The position numbers were made by a program, and so were the translations under genes. The notes under the pieces were generated by a model. That model made no database searches, was not told where the DNA came from, and was given only the letters and a program-made list of their open reading frames with translations. Below, one piece after another: positions 33,300 to 43,943 of a stretch of DNA of 64,000 nucleotides (within the stretch, counting starts at the first letter, position 1; every line of letters starts with the position of its first letter). Location: the NCBI GenBank assembly GCA_000091205.1, contig AP006487.2. One strand, given 5' to 3'. This DNA is from Cyanidioschyzon merolae. Taxonomy: Eukaryota.

Positions 33300-33700
33300 C
33301 AAACTGTAACACCTGACCACAGGTAAGTGTCACCACGACAAAGGACACACCAGGGCTGTATGTGTAGAAGATGAAAATGGCAAGCGAAGCGAATATCGTA
33401 TCTTCCGCCTGTTCATTCAGAGCGTCAGTAACAGCGAAAAGCAATGACCTTGAGAATGACACTGGTGTCAACATGCCTCGAGTTTTGACAACCAAACGGG
33501 AGCGAAAATGCAAACTGGTGTATTTGAAGCCTCAGATGATAGAGAGGAACGCGCAGCAGTCCCCGATAATGCCAGCAAAGGCTGGGCTCGATGAATGTGG
33601 TCAGATATCCAAACTTTCGCATATGCGCCCCTGTCAGGGGACGTTCCATTTTATGCTGAACTGAGTGTGAGTACCAGCGCGTGGCAGCGTACCACGCAGC
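33300..33700 (-). repeat. Second copy of the hydrophobic-peptide paralogous segment (see 27645-27960)
   Basis: Minus ORF 33031-33513 contains 'LLFAVTDALNEQAEDTIFASLAIFIFYTY'. Nucleotide similarity to copy 1 continues into 33450-33700 in a different frame. Confidence 0.4.
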
Positions 33701-33882
33701 ACAACCAGTTTGGGCGTTTTCGGAGCACCACTGGTGCAAGCTTGAGCTTTCAAGCTTGTTGCACGCAATAGCGTCTTGCTGTATGCGCTGAGTTGCGGAG
33801 GATCGTTCAAAGCGCTGGGAGCACGACGTGCAAGCGAAACTGAAAGCTCGCCGGGTGGAGAACGTTTCTGGAGCTGTTCGCT

Positions 33883-34746
33883 ATGTTTGCACAGCTGGTG
33901 ATGGGACCGGCCGGTTCGGGCAAGTCCACGTACTGCCATGCTCTGCAGCAACACGGTGAGATCGTCGGCCAACTGGTGCACGTAGTGAACCTTGACCCTG
34001 CTGCCGAGCGTTTCGAGTACAAGCCTGTTGCGGATATTCGGGATCTTATCACTGTCACAGACGTTGCGGAAGAACTTAGTCTAGGCCCGAACGGATCCCT
34101 AGTCTACTGCATGGAGTACTTGCTTGAAGATCAAGACTGGTTAGAGCAAGTTCTCTCTGAGACAGCAGAGGACGACTACCTGGTTTTTGATATGCCGGGT
34201 CAGATAGAACTGTATACGCATTTCGAGTGCGTTCGGCAGTTCGTTTACGTCCTCCAGAGCCAGTTCAGCATGCGTGTATGCAGCATATTCCTTCTTGATG
34301 CACAGTTTCTCGCCGATGCATCAAAATTTTTCGCGGGCTCGCTTACCGCCATGGCAGCAATGCTGCATCTCGGGTTGCCACACCTTAACGTCCTCAGCAA
34401 AGCGGACCTGCTGCGACACAGGATCGAGCATCGCGATAACACGCTGGAGCCTTTGTCCTCGGACGCTGAGGCACCCAACTCTGACGAGGCACTTGATGAG
34501 TTCCTGGAGCGCTTCCTCAATCCTGATATACAGTCGCTTGTTTCGGAGCTCAGTGAACAGATGGATACACGGTACCGAGCTCTCAATGAACGGATAGGTG
34601 CCTTGCTAGAAGACTACGCAATCGTACAATTCGTTCCTTACTCTGCCACTGATGAAGACAGCATCGGTGAATTGCTGCTGCGTGCGAATCTGCTGCTCCA
34701 ATACGATGATGATCGTGACGTTCGAATTCATCCCGAACTCGACTAG
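33883..34746 (+). CDS. GPN3: GPN-loop GTPase 3
   Basis: 'MFAQLVMGPAGSGKSTYCHALQQHGEIVGQLVHVVNLDPAAERFEYKPVADIRDLITVTDVAEELSLGPNGSLVYCMEYLLEDQDWLEQ...DMPGQIELYTHF' contains P-loop, GPN motif and DxPGQ. It is colinear over 287 aa with GPN3. Confidence 0.85.
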   Translation: MFAQLVMGPAGSGKSTYCHALQQHGEIVGQLVHVVNLDPAAERFEYKPVADIRDLITVTDVAEELSLGPNGSLVYCMEYLLEDQDWLEQVLSETAEDDYLVFDMPGQIELYTHFECVRQFVYVLQSQFSMRVCSIFLLDAQFLADASKFFAGSLTAMAAMLHLGLPHLNVLSKADLLRHRIEHRDNTLEPLSSDAEAPNSDEALDEFLERFLNPDIQSLVSELSEQMDTRYRALNERIGALLEDYAIVQFVPYSATDEDSIGELLLRANLLLQYDDDRDVRIHPELD

Positions 34747-35937
34747 GATTGGCGGACTGCAATCCGGTTGAGGATTTGCTCACTGTGCACCATTGCCGAC
34801 TGCATATAGATGACGAGCCCCAGTCTTATGAAGACAAATGGTGCAAGCAGGCTTTCGGTCATAAAAATGGTTTCTTGGGCACTGGCAGCGAGCCTACGAT
34901 TCTCGCTTAACGAACGAACGGCATGCATCCGATTTCAGTCGAAGCGCTATACATTGGTGGATGTGTTGTGCACCGGTGCGGGTAAAGCGCCATCCTGCAT
35001 CGACAGATGAGCTGTACGTCTCGCAAAAAGCGTGCAGTATGGCATCGCCGGTTGAGATGTATGCCTCGCAGCTGACGCGCTGTATATTCTCAGGGATGCT
35101 GTATCCTGCTCTAAGGGAATTGCCACTTCGTCGTCCGTCCCTTTACAAGTTGCCAGCCGCGCTCACAACAGGAGCGAATGGGACATATTCCCTCGACAAC
35201 TGCTGACTGCGAAACGCGAGCCTGAGGTTGGTGTCGAACCTGAGAAACACCGCTCCGCTTTAGTTCTACTTGTGTAACCAGATTTCCGCGTGTATCCTTT
35301 CAATTAGCCACATGTCTGGCTTCTGCAGTACGTCTGGCCAGCCGCAGGAAGCCCCACGTCGCTACCTCAACCGATCAGCGTTCTCGCTTCCTACACGCCA
35401 CCGCGCAAGCGACCTTTCACGAGGATCGTTCACAGGGACGGTTCGTACCTACCCGCGCAAAATTGTGCGCAGAGAGAAAAAAAGCATACCTAGCGATAAC
35501 GAGGTCAACAAAGCCGCAGTCGCCCCGTGTCCAGAAAACCAGGTACCGCTATTCAAGGGCTGCGCGCTCGGCAGAGAGCTGTACTCGAGCGTAATCCTTT
35601 TCTTTCGCCGCTCCTTTACCCAAATTCCGCGAAAAGTTTTCCAGTTGAAAACTTTGGGACGGTGATTCCGCCCAAAGTATGCACGAGCAACCAAAGAAGA
35701 CTGCTTCGTGCTCATGAACGACTTTGGAGACAAAGCGCCAGCTCCTAGCGAAGCACCCACACAGCGCTAACGAATAGTTGAGCACTGCGCGTTCCTGTTG
35801 TTGCTAACGTCACCTGCACAGGATGCAGGCTCGTTTATGCCTCGAGCTGACACTCGCAGATGCATCACATGCCATACACTGCCTTCGTGCGAGGCCTGCG
35901 ACGTGTCCAGCATCTACAAGGTTGCACGACGGATGAA

Positions 35938-36125
35938 GTCTCCATTCCATACGGGAATACTCCACAGGGCATCCGCGAATGCTGCCCAGCATCCCTAGCT
36001 ATGCGGGATGCAGTTTGTCTCCATTCCATACGGGAATTCTCCACAGGGCATCCGCGAATGCTGCCCAGCATCCCTAGTTGTGCGGGATGCAGTTTGTCTC
36101 CATTCCATACGGGAATTCTAGACAC
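35938..36125. repeat. Tandem repeat, ~78-bp unit x ~2.4 with internal inverted repeats
   Basis: Unit 'tctccattccatacgggaat(a/t)ctccacagggcatccgcgaatgctgcccagcatccctag(c/t)t(a/g)tgcgggatgcagtttg' repeats head-to-tail. 'gcatccgc…gcgggatgc' forms a dyad. Confidence 0.6.
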
Positions 36126-36655
36126 GAAGTCATAGAACACAGGAATGTCAGTCTACGACCTGTGACCTCTATTCTGGTATCGGGTATTATCCGCACGAAC
36201 CGGGCACTCGCACTGGATGCATCCAACGCCCGCCTCGAACTTGGAGCTTAAACCCAAAAGAGTCCAGCAAAGCGATTCTGTTTGTGTACAGCGGCATAGC
36301 AGGCACTGACGGCAAGCTCAGCGTCCAGAGGATCGTACAAACTGGTTCAAACTCCAGTTGGAAGCATGGGTGATAGTCGTTGTTGGACCTGGGTGGTTTG
36401 GTGCGCCATCATCGACGCCCTCCTGGATACCGACTCCATCTCAACCATCCGATACCCCAAGCAAACACGAAAGGCACTCGATCCGTCGACCTGTGTACAA
36501 GAGCAGCGCACTGTGACGTGAACGCCACCACCGCGCTCGTGTACAAAAGTTGCTACTAGTCTCGAGCAGCTTCGCGTCTCCGGGTGCGCTGCGGCTGACC
36601 CCGTTTCTATTTCAACCAAGACGATCTAGACAAACTTAATATAGACTGGAGGAAA

Positions 36656-38458
36656 ATGCGACGGAAGGCGACCAGCTGGAGTCCGATTTTGGCGTACGGC
36701 GTGTCCCTGACGGGCACAGAGCGTTGGTCTGCAGCACCGCGCACCTCAGTACAACTGCTTGGCGCTTTCCTCAGCTGGAGAGGTGCTCCAGACGGGTGCC
36801 GCTGTCGGCAATCTGGATCCAAAAACGTGCGCTGGTTAAAGGCAAGTGTGAGGCAGCGGCATCAGCCGTCGGGGGCCGAAGCGCGTCCGGCTCAGCCACT
36901 CGTTATCACGACGCCCTTGTTTTACGTCAACGCGGCTCCTCACATGGGAAGTGCTTACCCTACTATGGCCTGCGATGCGTTGGCTCGATACCACCGAATG
37001 CAGGGGCGTGCAGTGCGTTTTATAACGGGTACTGATGAGCACGGTGAGAAAATTGCACAGGCAGCTGCGGCTGCGGGTCGCACACCGCAAGAACACTGCG
37101 ACCTTGTTTCCGGGGAGTTCAGGGCGCTTTGGGCGAAGCTCAACATCTCATATGATCGATTTATTAGGACAACATCGGCGAACCATGCAGCCATGGTCAT
37201 GACATTCATGGAACGAGTGTTGCAGCGGGGAGACATCTACAAGGCAAGCTACGAGGGACTCTACTGTACCGGCTGTGAGGAGTACAAAGACCCCAAGGAG
37301 CTCGTGGAGGACACCCAGTGTCCACTGCATCTCAAGCGCTGCGAACAGCGAGCGGAGGAAAACTACTTCTTCCGTCTATCGCGATATCAGGCCCAGGTTG
37401 AGGCACTGCTGGCAAACGACGACTTTATGCGACCGGCCGAGCGCCGCAACGAGGTGCTCTCCTGGGTCCGCGAAGGTCTCCGCGATTTCAGCGTCTCGAG
37501 AGCCAAGAACCCCTGGGGTATCCCAATGCCGAACGATGCGAGCCAAACTATCTATGTATGGTTTGATGCGCTGCTCGGCTACCTGACTGCGCTCTTCGAT
37601 GAAGATGAACCGCCGCAGCTCGAAAAAGTCGAAGAACGCGGCTGGCCGGCGCACGTTCACGTCCTCGGAAAGGACATTACGCGTTTTCACGCGTGTTACT
37701 GGCCTGCCATGCTACATTCAGTAGGACTGAACGCACCCCAGCAACTATTTAGTCATGGATTTCTCACCAAGGATGGCATGAAAATGGGCAAATCCCTCGG
37801 AAACACCCTCGATCCTCATGCCCTGGTGGATGAATTCAACGCTGATGCAGTGCGATACTACTTCCTGCGTGGTATCGAGTTTGGTCGCGACGGTGATTTC
37901 TCGCGCGATCGCTTCATCCAGATAGTGAATGCTGAACTAGCGAATAGTGTTGGCAACCTTCTCAATCGAACGCTGAACCTTCTGAAACGACACAACAATC
38001 TATCATTGCCGGTTGTAGCACCAAGTGCGCATCCCTTGGCAGACCTTACCCGAACGTGCACCGCTGAAGCAGCAGCTGCATACGAGAAACTGGACTTCTC
38101 AGGAGCAGCCGAAGCGCTCATGCGTATCGCCTCGGAAGCGAACAGCTTCATCGATCACGAAGCACCATGGACCAAACTACGCAATCCAGAGACCAAGTCC
38201 GAAGCTTTTGCTGTTCTCGCCGTTATTCTCGAAGCCGTGCGAGTCCTTGGTGTTGCGTTGTGGCCACTGATCCCCGAGACCAGTGAGCGCATGCTGCGCG
38301 CGCTCTGCTACCCTGTAGCGGGGCCAGGCGAGGTAGCGAGCACAGCAGCGGCATTCGTGCCTTCGTGGCATGACACCGAGTGGAACGCCCGCAGAGACCT
38401 GTTGCAGCCTGGTGTGCGTTTTCGCACCCCAGAGCCAGTGTTTCCCCGTCTAGAATAG
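36656..38458 (+). CDS. Methionyl-tRNA synthetase, bacterial/organellar type with N-terminal targeting presequence
   Basis: 600-aa ORF from ATG 36656. 'PLFYVNAAPHMGSAYPTMACDALARYHRMQGRAVRFITGTDEHGEKI' is a HIGH-class motif. 'KMGKSLGN' is KMSKS. 'GLYCTGCEEYKDPKEL...CPLHLKRCEQRAEENYFFRLSRYQ' is a MetRS zinc knuckle/CP domain. About 80 aa of Arg/Ser-rich presequence. Confidence 0.9.
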   Translation: MRRKATSWSPILAYGVSLTGTERWSAAPRTSVQLLGAFLSWRGAPDGCRCRQSGSKNVRWLKASVRQRHQPSGAEARPAQPLVITTPLFYVNAAPHMGSAYPTMACDALARYHRMQGRAVRFITGTDEHGEKIAQAAAAAGRTPQEHCDLVSGEFRALWAKLNISYDRFIRTTSANHAAMVMTFMERVLQRGDIYKASYEGLYCTGCEEYKDPKELVEDTQCPLHLKRCEQRAEENYFFRLSRYQAQVEALLANDDFMRPAERRNEVLSWVREGLRDFSVSRAKNPWGIPMPNDASQTIYVWFDALLGYLTALFDEDEPPQLEKVEERGWPAHVHVLGKDITRFHACYWPAMLHSVGLNAPQQLFSHGFLTKDGMKMGKSLGNTLDPHALVDEFNADAVRYYFLRGIEFGRDGDFSRDRFIQIVNAELANSVGNLLNRTLNLLKRHNNLSLPVVAPSAHPLADLTRTCTAEAAAAYEKLDFSGAAEALMRIASEANSFIDHEAPWTKLRNPETKSEAFAVLAVILEAVRVLGVALWPLIPETSERMLRALCYPVAGPGEVASTAAAFVPSWHDTEWNARRDLLQPGVRFRTPEPVFPRLE

Positions 38459-39422
38459 GATTCGTAAAGCGTGTCGGCGGATTAGGCACTGACACTGCTG
38501 CATCTTGTCTGGTGTTTGAATGCGTTTGAAATGCGACACACGTTGAAGACCCGCTGCGCGCGCATGGAACAGACTCGGACGCTAAACAAGTAGCAGACAA
38601 TAAGACACGTTTTCGCAGAGGCATTGGAACTCTGCTGTGCATCCATAGCATCTGTTGAGAAACATGACGAGGAGCAGGCATTGAACACCCTGTTTGCAGA
38701 CAGAAGCTGGTACGCGTGCGACGCAGCATTGACCTAGTGTGTTCGTTGCGCGGGCGCTCGTAGCAGTGGAACTTTTCGCATTTTTACCGGAGTACTGGTA
38801 AAGTAGCACACACATCCCCTGTTCTTCTGGGAGATATTCGAAGACGCCGGTGAAATCGTTCGACACCAAAGACCCCGAGAAGTACCGTTCTTCGTGATGA
38901 GCTGCACCCTGCTCTAGGAAATGGTACCGTGGAGATTGTTTTTCTCACCAACGTAAAACTAGAATTGTAGGACGAATTCCGATGGAAACCGCGCCTCTGA
39001 CACATTTGACAAGGCATGCGGTCTAGCAAAGAAAATGCTGTGAACACGCACGCCTTCCAAAGCGTGATGATAGGTTTGCTCTTATTCATTTTTCTTTGAT
39101 TCTGGACTGTTGAACTGCAGCGGCAAATGCTTCATATATGTTAATGCATTAACCTGGAAGAAAAGATGCGTTTCGAGCATCTTGAACAGCGCCAGCTTCA
39201 CCAAAGTACTGCTAATTTTTAAACAGCTTGTCTCATTGCCCTCGAAGCAGGGTACTTGCCGGGTTTTCTGCGCAATCAACGGCAAGACGTAAAGTTTAGA
39301 TGCGCAAAGGAGCTCGCGTTTCCTCGTAGAGTCCGAGCAGACCTCTCACATCAGGGCGTCGAGCATGCGTCCTTTTTGATCCTCAAAACCATCCGAGGCT
39401 TGCAAGCGTCGTCTACTCGAGT

Positions 39423-39453
39423 TGCACTGCACTGCACTGCACTGCGCTGCACT
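39423..39453. repeat. (GCACT)n pentanucleotide microsatellite, ~6 units
   Basis: 'gcactgcactgcactgcactgcgctgcact'. Confidence 0.7.
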
Positions 39454-40064
39454 TTATCCACGTCAAAATAGGCGGTTCTCTCTGGTCTCTGATGGAAAAC
39501 TTGAAACAGACGCTTCCAGATTCGCACTTGTTGCCAGGTATGATACTGGGGGAATCGTGCACCTGCCGTCACGCTTTCGGATGCTTCAGCGCTGTCGGTT
39601 GCCAGGGATACGACCACCCCCGCCCCCTGTCGTCTCCGGTTCAGGGGATATCCTCGTCACCGCTTTCGCAGGCACTTGCGCGTCCCGTGAACAACGCCGG
39701 GAGAATGCGCTGCCAGACTCAGGTAGTGCTGGCGTCCTGCAACCGGACACCAGTTCATAATGATGCCACGACTTGCCTCAGATGCGCACCAGAGACCCAG
39801 TGGAGCCATGTGCCACTGATTTGCTTTCCGTTTCATAGAGTCAGCGGACATCGTCTCGGTGTACCCTGGCGCCAAAGAGGTACCTTCTACGTATGGGGTA
39901 CGGCGACAGCGACAAGAAGGAGAATCATGCCCGATCCGTAGATGCTCTTGTCAGCATCAAACGTGTTCTTTGTGTGGATTTCCGTGTCATTGCAGGGGCG
40001 GCACTTGCCCCCGCGGATGATCGTAAAGCGCCATAATATGCGCAAGGTGTAGGGCCCCGTGCAT

Positions 40065-42059
40065 TCAGCGTACAAGCGCTTTGACAAGTTTCGGGATGTT
40101 GACGGGTTCCAGGTCATGGTAGGTCTGGCCAGTGCCCACAAAGACAATCGGTATCGAGGTCGTGTACATCATCGTGACAGCGGCACCGACTTTCTCGTCG
40201 ACGGCATCAAACTTGGTCAGAATAATGCCATCAATGAGGCGAGGTTTGCCACCGCTGCCCTGCTGATACCTGAGCAACGCCTGATTGAACTTGACCAGCT
40301 GGTCGATGGCCTCGTTCCCGACCAGAGCCTCGCCTACGAAGAACAAGCGCTCAGGAGCTGCTCGCTGCACCAATGCAGCTAATGCTTTCATGAGCGGCTC
40401 ATTGTCTTGCATGCGACCGGCGGTGTCAATGAGGACGACATCCCGCTGCTCCTGCTCGGCTTGGGAGATGGCAGCCGCAGCTACAGACGATGGATCCTTA
40501 CCGTAGCCTCGTTCATAAAGTGGAATATTCAGGCAGCGCGCATGAATCCGAAGCTGCTCAATGGCGCCAGCGCGAAAGGTGTCGCCTGCTGCCAGGAGCA
40601 AGCGCAGATTGTGTTGTAAGAGAAGAAAGGCGATCTTCGCGAGCGTCGTTGATTTTCCGACACCGTTGACTCCAGTAAAGACGATCACAAAAGGACGACG
40701 AATACTAGCTCGTTGTCGATGCTGTTCAATAGCTAGAACAAGATCCTGCGTTCCGTGCAGAGGCTGCAGCACTCGTTGGAGCGCATCCTCGACCGCAGCG
40801 CGAACCATGCGATGCACGGTAAGCGCATCCAAAGTTCGATTCTCAAGCGAAGCCTCAACCGACTGGGTGAGCTTCTCTGCCACAGTTGGAGCAACATTCC
40901 GTGCAATGAGACGGTCCCGGAAATACTGAAGAGGCTTTTCAAGATCGGCACGGGTTAATGGCCTCGAACCAGCGAGCCGACCGAGGGTTCTCCAGAGATT
41001 CCCGCTGCCTCTTGCGCCATCTGCTCCCACGTCGCGCTCCATGTCATTGTTTGTAGCTTCCTCATCTGTGGTTAAGTTTTCGAAAATAGACGCGCGAGGC
41101 TGTGTCTCGAGGTAGGCGGCGCGAGCGCGCCCCACATCATCGGCGCTACCCAGCGGACAGCTCGCCTCCCCGGAGAGGTCCAGAGCAGCGAGTTCCTCGG
41201 CAGTCGGGATGCTATCATCCCAACGGCGTCCAGCCGCTAGTTTGGTATGTTTCTTCGGCGGACGTCGCTGTTCAGGACGTGCTGAGTGCCGCTGAATGCT
41301 CCCTCGTGACAGCTTCTTCGCTTGGTTGCTCGGGTGTGTACTCGTTTCGAGCGCTGCTGCTTCCACGGGTATGGATGCATTCATCAAGGGCTCGGCATTC
41401 GACCGTATCGGCACGTCATCATCTGCAAGCGTATCCTTGATGCTGCCAGCATGTCCCGGTGCATGCACGTCGGGTGCGTCAGTAGTCGGTGCAGACAAGC
41501 TCGAAGGTACGGCGCTCTGTGAATCTTCGAGAGTTTGCACAGAGGACCTTGTATTAGCGGCTGGTGTAGGGCTCGAAACGCGCCCCCGCTGGAGGGCCGC
41601 CCCAACGTGAGCGTGCTCGTCTGCCGCGAACACTGCCCTTGTGTTACCGAGCTGGAGCGTTGCACGAGCACGATCAACAGTTTCAGCAAAGCTATCAAAG
41701 TCACTCTCGGTCGACCAGCGTCGACGCTGAAGCAAGCTTCCGTACGTTTGGCAGAAACTCGAACGGCAGCACTCAAGAAACTGCTCCAGTAGGTGCAGCT
41801 CGAGCGTACTGGGGGCCTCTGCTGCAAACACCAGTTGAAACTGGTTCGCTGCCCGCCAGGCTACGAGATGCTGCTTGCGTAGCTGTGCGATTCGGGCTCC
41901 AGCTTTCTCGGCAAGCAGCACAGTGCGGACAAGGTCGCGGAGGACGCTCTCGGGCTGTGCGCTTGTGTGCTGGTCGTCGGTTCCCGCATCGCTCGCTTCG
42001 CTAAGGTCACGAAAGAAAAGAACAAGTCCTCCCAGATGAAAAATACAGAACCAGTTCAT
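40065..42059 (-). CDS. SRPRA: Signal recognition particle receptor alpha subunit (SRalpha/FtsY homolog)
   Basis: 664-aa ORF from ATG 42057-42059. SRX-like N-terminus 'MNWFCIFHLGGLVLF', acidic/basic linker and SRP54-type NG domain 'VFTGVNGVGKSTTLAKIAFLL...VVLIDTAGRMQDNEPLMKAL...ILTKFDAVDEKVGAAVTMMYTTSIPIVFVGTGQTYHDL'. Confidence 0.9.
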   Translation of the reverse strand: MNWFCIFHLGGLVLFFRDLSEASDAGTDDQHTSAQPESVLRDLVRTVLLAEKAGARIAQLRKQHLVAWRAANQFQLVFAAEAPSTLELHLLEQFLECCRSSFCQTYGSLLQRRRWSTESDFDSFAETVDRARATLQLGNTRAVFAADEHAHVGAALQRGRVSSPTPAANTRSSVQTLEDSQSAVPSSLSAPTTDAPDVHAPGHAGSIKDTLADDDVPIRSNAEPLMNASIPVEAAALETSTHPSNQAKKLSRGSIQRHSARPEQRRPPKKHTKLAAGRRWDDSIPTAEELAALDLSGEASCPLGSADDVGRARAAYLETQPRASIFENLTTDEEATNNDMERDVGADGARGSGNLWRTLGRLAGSRPLTRADLEKPLQYFRDRLIARNVAPTVAEKLTQSVEASLENRTLDALTVHRMVRAAVEDALQRVLQPLHGTQDLVLAIEQHRQRASIRRPFVIVFTGVNGVGKSTTLAKIAFLLLQHNLRLLLAAGDTFRAGAIEQLRIHARCLNIPLYERGYGKDPSSVAAAAISQAEQEQRDVVLIDTAGRMQDNEPLMKALAALVQRAAPERLFFVGEALVGNEAIDQLVKFNQALLRYQQGSGGKPRLIDGIILTKFDAVDEKVGAAVTMMYTTSIPIVFVGTGQTYHDLEPVNIPKLVKALVR

Positions 42060-42269
42060 TGCGGAGAAGCTTGTCTACTGGGTCTTGCTATAGCGGAACG
42101 CACTCATTCAGCGCTTTCCGTCCCTTGGTATCCGAAGCCGACCCAAGTGTCATCGTGTACGCGATGTTTCGTAAACCTCGCCGCGGTAGCCCGCGGATCA
42201 TGTACCGTTGCCTGGCCTCAGGATGGAGCGAGTTCGAAACGAAAACAGTTGCCTGCAAAAATATTAAAG

Positions 42270-42872
42270 AAAAAATGTGCCTGGTGGTGTCAGAATCCAA
42301 CAATTTTGGAACTAGAAAATAGTTTTCTGAAAAGATGTTGACAGAAAAAGTGCCTGGTGGTGTCAGAATCCAACAATTTTGAAACTAGAAAACAGTTGTC
42401 TGAAAAGATGTTGACAGAAAAAGTGCCTGGTGGTGTCAGAATCCAACAATTTTGGAACTAGAAAATAGTTTTCTGAAAAGATGTTGACAGAAAAAGTGCC
42501 TGGTGGTGTCAGAATCCAACAATTTTGAAACTAGAAAACAGTTGTCTGAAAAGATGTTGACAGCAAAAGTGCCTGGTGGTGTCAGAATCCAACAATTTTG
42601 AAACTAGAAAATAGTTTTCTGAAAAGATGTTGACAGAAAAAGTGCCTGGTGGTGTCAGAATCCAACAATTTTGAAACTAGAAAACAGTTGTCTGAAAAGA
42701 TGTTGACAGAAAAAGTGCCTGGTGGTGTCAGAATCCAACAATTTTGAAACTAGAAAACAGTTGTCTGAAAAGATGTTGACAGAAAAAGTGCCAGTAAGTG
42801 TCAGAATCCAACAATTTTGGAACTAGAAAATAGTTTTCTGAAAAGATGTTGACAGCAAAAGTGCCTGGTGGT
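42270..42872. repeat. Minisatellite: ~61-bp unit x ~10 in the SRalpha / DHRS12 intergenic region
   Basis: Unit '(g)aaaagatgttgacag(a/c)aaaagtgcctggtggtgtcagaatccaacaattttg(g/a)aactagaaaa(t/c)agtt(t/g)tct' repeats head-to-tail. Each unit holds small hairpins ('agaaaa-tag-ttttct'; near-palindrome 'ccaacaattttgg'). Confidence 0.75.
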
Positions 42873-43943
42873 TTGTTCACATCGATGGTGCCTTCACGAT
42901 TACAGGCTCACTCCGATGGACGTGGGCCTCTCGCACGCCAAAGCGAGTATAGTTGGCTCCGAGGCGTACCACGCGTTGAAAGGTTGGTATCGTGCTCAAA
43001 TGAGCGCCCTATTGAACCAGTCCGTCTCTCGTCTATGTCAGAAACGACCGTCCAATGAAGCATTCTAAGACCCCCAGGAGTTTTCTCTGTAAAATCAGCA
43101 CTCGGGAGCGGAATCCTTCGGTGCTGTATGCAGTCCTGACGTGCAGCGCCGCCGCCTGCGACAGATACTGCTGCTGCTGCTGCGCCAGTTTGCATATAAG
43201 CGCGAGGTATTCCACGGAAGGACTGCTTTTCGCTGTTCTTTACCTGTTGATTGTATCGCTGGTATGTGAAAGCGATGGTGCGGCTTCAAAAGCATCGGTG
43301 TGTCTACGGTTTTACGGGGGCAGGGGGTTCCACGCAGTCCAAGCGGCGCTCACAAACGGATCGGCGAGCGCTCTGGGTTCAGCAAGCTCGCGTTTGCTGT
43401 ACAAAAAGAACGCCACTACAAAGCGGTGATCGTATTTCGAGAGAAAGAGGAAGCACCTGGATTCGATGCCGCGACTCGTAACAGTGCACAAGCGTATTTT
43501 GACAATGAAATGAGCATCGTAGATGACAGCATCGACGATATTTCAACGCACCATGGGATTCAGTGTGCAATCGGCGTGCCAAGAGGAGCGCCTAACAAAA
43601 GCATGCATCCACGGAACGTTCGTCAATGGTTGCGAGCACGCGCATAGGCTGCTCATGTGCCCCGAAAGAAGGCACAGGGCTAGAACGTGCAACAGGTGCA
43701 GCGCGAATTTGCCGCTACCCCTCATTCGCAGGAAACGACAAGCGGTGTGTCGGTACCCTGTATCGCACAACGAATACACATTTCGGAAGCAGAACAGGCC
43801 AACATAGCGCCTCTGCTGATGCATCAACAGGATTTGGAGAAAGCAGCACGCTGGCCTTTGTCTCTGAGCCGGGGGCTCACATCCGTATACCCCACCTGTC
43901 GTGCATTCCGCATTAGACACGATCTTGATGCATAGGTGGTGCA

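Noticed and set aside
42270-42872. Possible CRISPR array
   Set aside because: The repeats are directly tandem with no unique spacers, and this is a eukaryotic nuclear context. It is a minisatellite.
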